DNA of 64,000 bases from an uncultured Verrucomicrobiota bacterium (GTDB lineage Bacteria > Verrucomicrobiota > Verrucomicrobiia > Palsa-1439 > CAYGDP01). Positions 63,227 to 64,000 of the stretch are shown here, piece after piece. The DNA lies in the NCBI GenBank assembly GCA_964348665.1, contig CAYGDP010000005.1, positions 29,131 to 93,130 on the forward strand, given 5' to 3'. Within the stretch, counting starts at the first letter, position 1. Every line of letters begins with the position of its first letter. The position numbers were made by a program, and so were the translations under genes. The notes under the pieces were generated by a model. That model was not told where the DNA came from, ran no database searches, and saw nothing but the letters and a program-made list of their open reading frames with translations.

Positions 63227-64000
63227 TTAGCGGGACGTGGGGGTGTTCATCCGACGACCCGCTTCTTCGAGTATCTTTCGCTCGCGCGGCGAAAGACTGG
63301 CCATCCCTTGTTTTGCGATTTTATCGAGGATGGGATTGACCTCGCGCTCGATGAATTCTTCCTTGCTCAAGGGTGAATCGGTTGCTGCCGGCGGATTTTT
63401 TTTGCGCCAGAAAACAAACAGTTTGCGCGGTTTTGACGGTTTGGTTTCGGTTTCCACGCGATAGGGATGATTGTATGCCACACCGGGACGAGACGAATCA
63501 TGGGCCGACCATTCATCATCCACGTGCCGTTGTCCGGAAGGCAACCGCCGCTGAATCGCGGCCATCCATCCCGGCATTTCTCCGTAGCCAAGCCACTTGA
63601 TATAGAGATAGCCGACGACAATACCGCCAAGGTGTGCAAGATCTGCAACCGACGAACTTGAAAACATAAGGCTACTGTATGCTACTAATCCGACCGTTAC
63701 CCACGCCCACCATTTTGCCTTCATTGTTAGTGGGAAGATAAAAAGAATGAGCATCGTGATTGGACGTTCCGGGTATAGCGTTGCATAGGCAATACAAACT
63801 GCCAGCACCGCGCCGGAAGCACCCAGGACGAAGGCAGTCGATCCAAAATTAAATGCCAACCAAAGCAGTCCGCCTATAATTCCACCCCAAAAATAAAGTC
63901 GGAGAAATTGACGTGGTCCCAGGTCGGATTCAACATCGCGACCGAAAATCCAAAGCGCGAGCATATTGAAGAGGATGTGAAAAATTGAGCTCGGCTGGTG
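63227..64000 (-). CDS. Rhomboid family intramembrane serine protease with a C-terminal cytosolic extension; the 5' end lies beyond the window
   Basis: GASGAV (catalytic Ser) and AHLGGIVVGY (catalytic His). The reading frame stays open to position 64000. Confidence 0.85.
   Translation of the reverse strand, partial: HQPSSIFHILFNMLALWIFGRDVESDLGPRQFLRLYFWGGIIGGLLWLAFNFGSTAFVLGASGAVLAVCIAYATLYPERPITMLILFIFPLTMKAKWWAWVTVGLVAYSSLMFSSSSVADLAHLGGIVVGYLYIKWLGYGEMPGWMAAIQRRLPSGQRHVDDEWSAHDSSRPGVAYNHPYRVETETKPSKPRKLFVFWRKKNPPAATDSPLSKEEFIEREVNPILDKIAKQGMASLSPRERKILEEAGRRMNTPTSR

Overview
This 64-kb chromosomal window appears to come from a PVC-superphylum bacterium, most likely Verrucomicrobiota. That is an inference from DUF1501 / DUF1549-DUF1553 / PSCyt gene pairs, DUF1559 pseudopilin-like proteins and PVC-type heme-binding dehydrogenase modules. 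I support about 50 protein genes and saw no rRNA, tRNA, CRISPR array, integrase or transposase.

The housekeeping backbone is pepA, nnr, serA, rpmB, recJ, secDF, yajC, tgt, proS, ybeY and phoH, plus an AmmeMemoRadiSam radical-SAM enzyme and a rhomboid protease.

Accessory content:
- A Type III restriction-modification pair in res-then-mod order (30.5-35.0 kb). It has a divergent DUF3102-like gene and a strongly structured, terminator-ended leader.
- A RelE/ParE toxin with its antitoxin (44.2-44.7 kb).
- A decayed ORF6N gene (39.7-40.1 kb).
- A compact four-gene cluster (53.1-57.0 kb), the most interesting item. A membrane-anchored TIR protein with an extracytoplasmic domain overlaps a stand-alone YpsA-like SLOG protein. 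Both converge on two paralogous 4-TM proteins, each resembling a tandem pair of SLATT (DUF4231-like) domains. I read it as a split TIR-signal / SLOG-sensor / SLATT-pore conflict system that matches no canonical Thoeris, CBASS or Pycsar layout.

Intergenic space is unusually rich in repeats. These include heptanucleotide tandem arrays, TGTCATTCTGAGCG-type palindromic elements and GC-rich hairpins. Some have been absorbed into coding sequence, in signal peptides, a recJ loop and a DUF1553 tail. All family names are motif recognition by eye; no searches were run.
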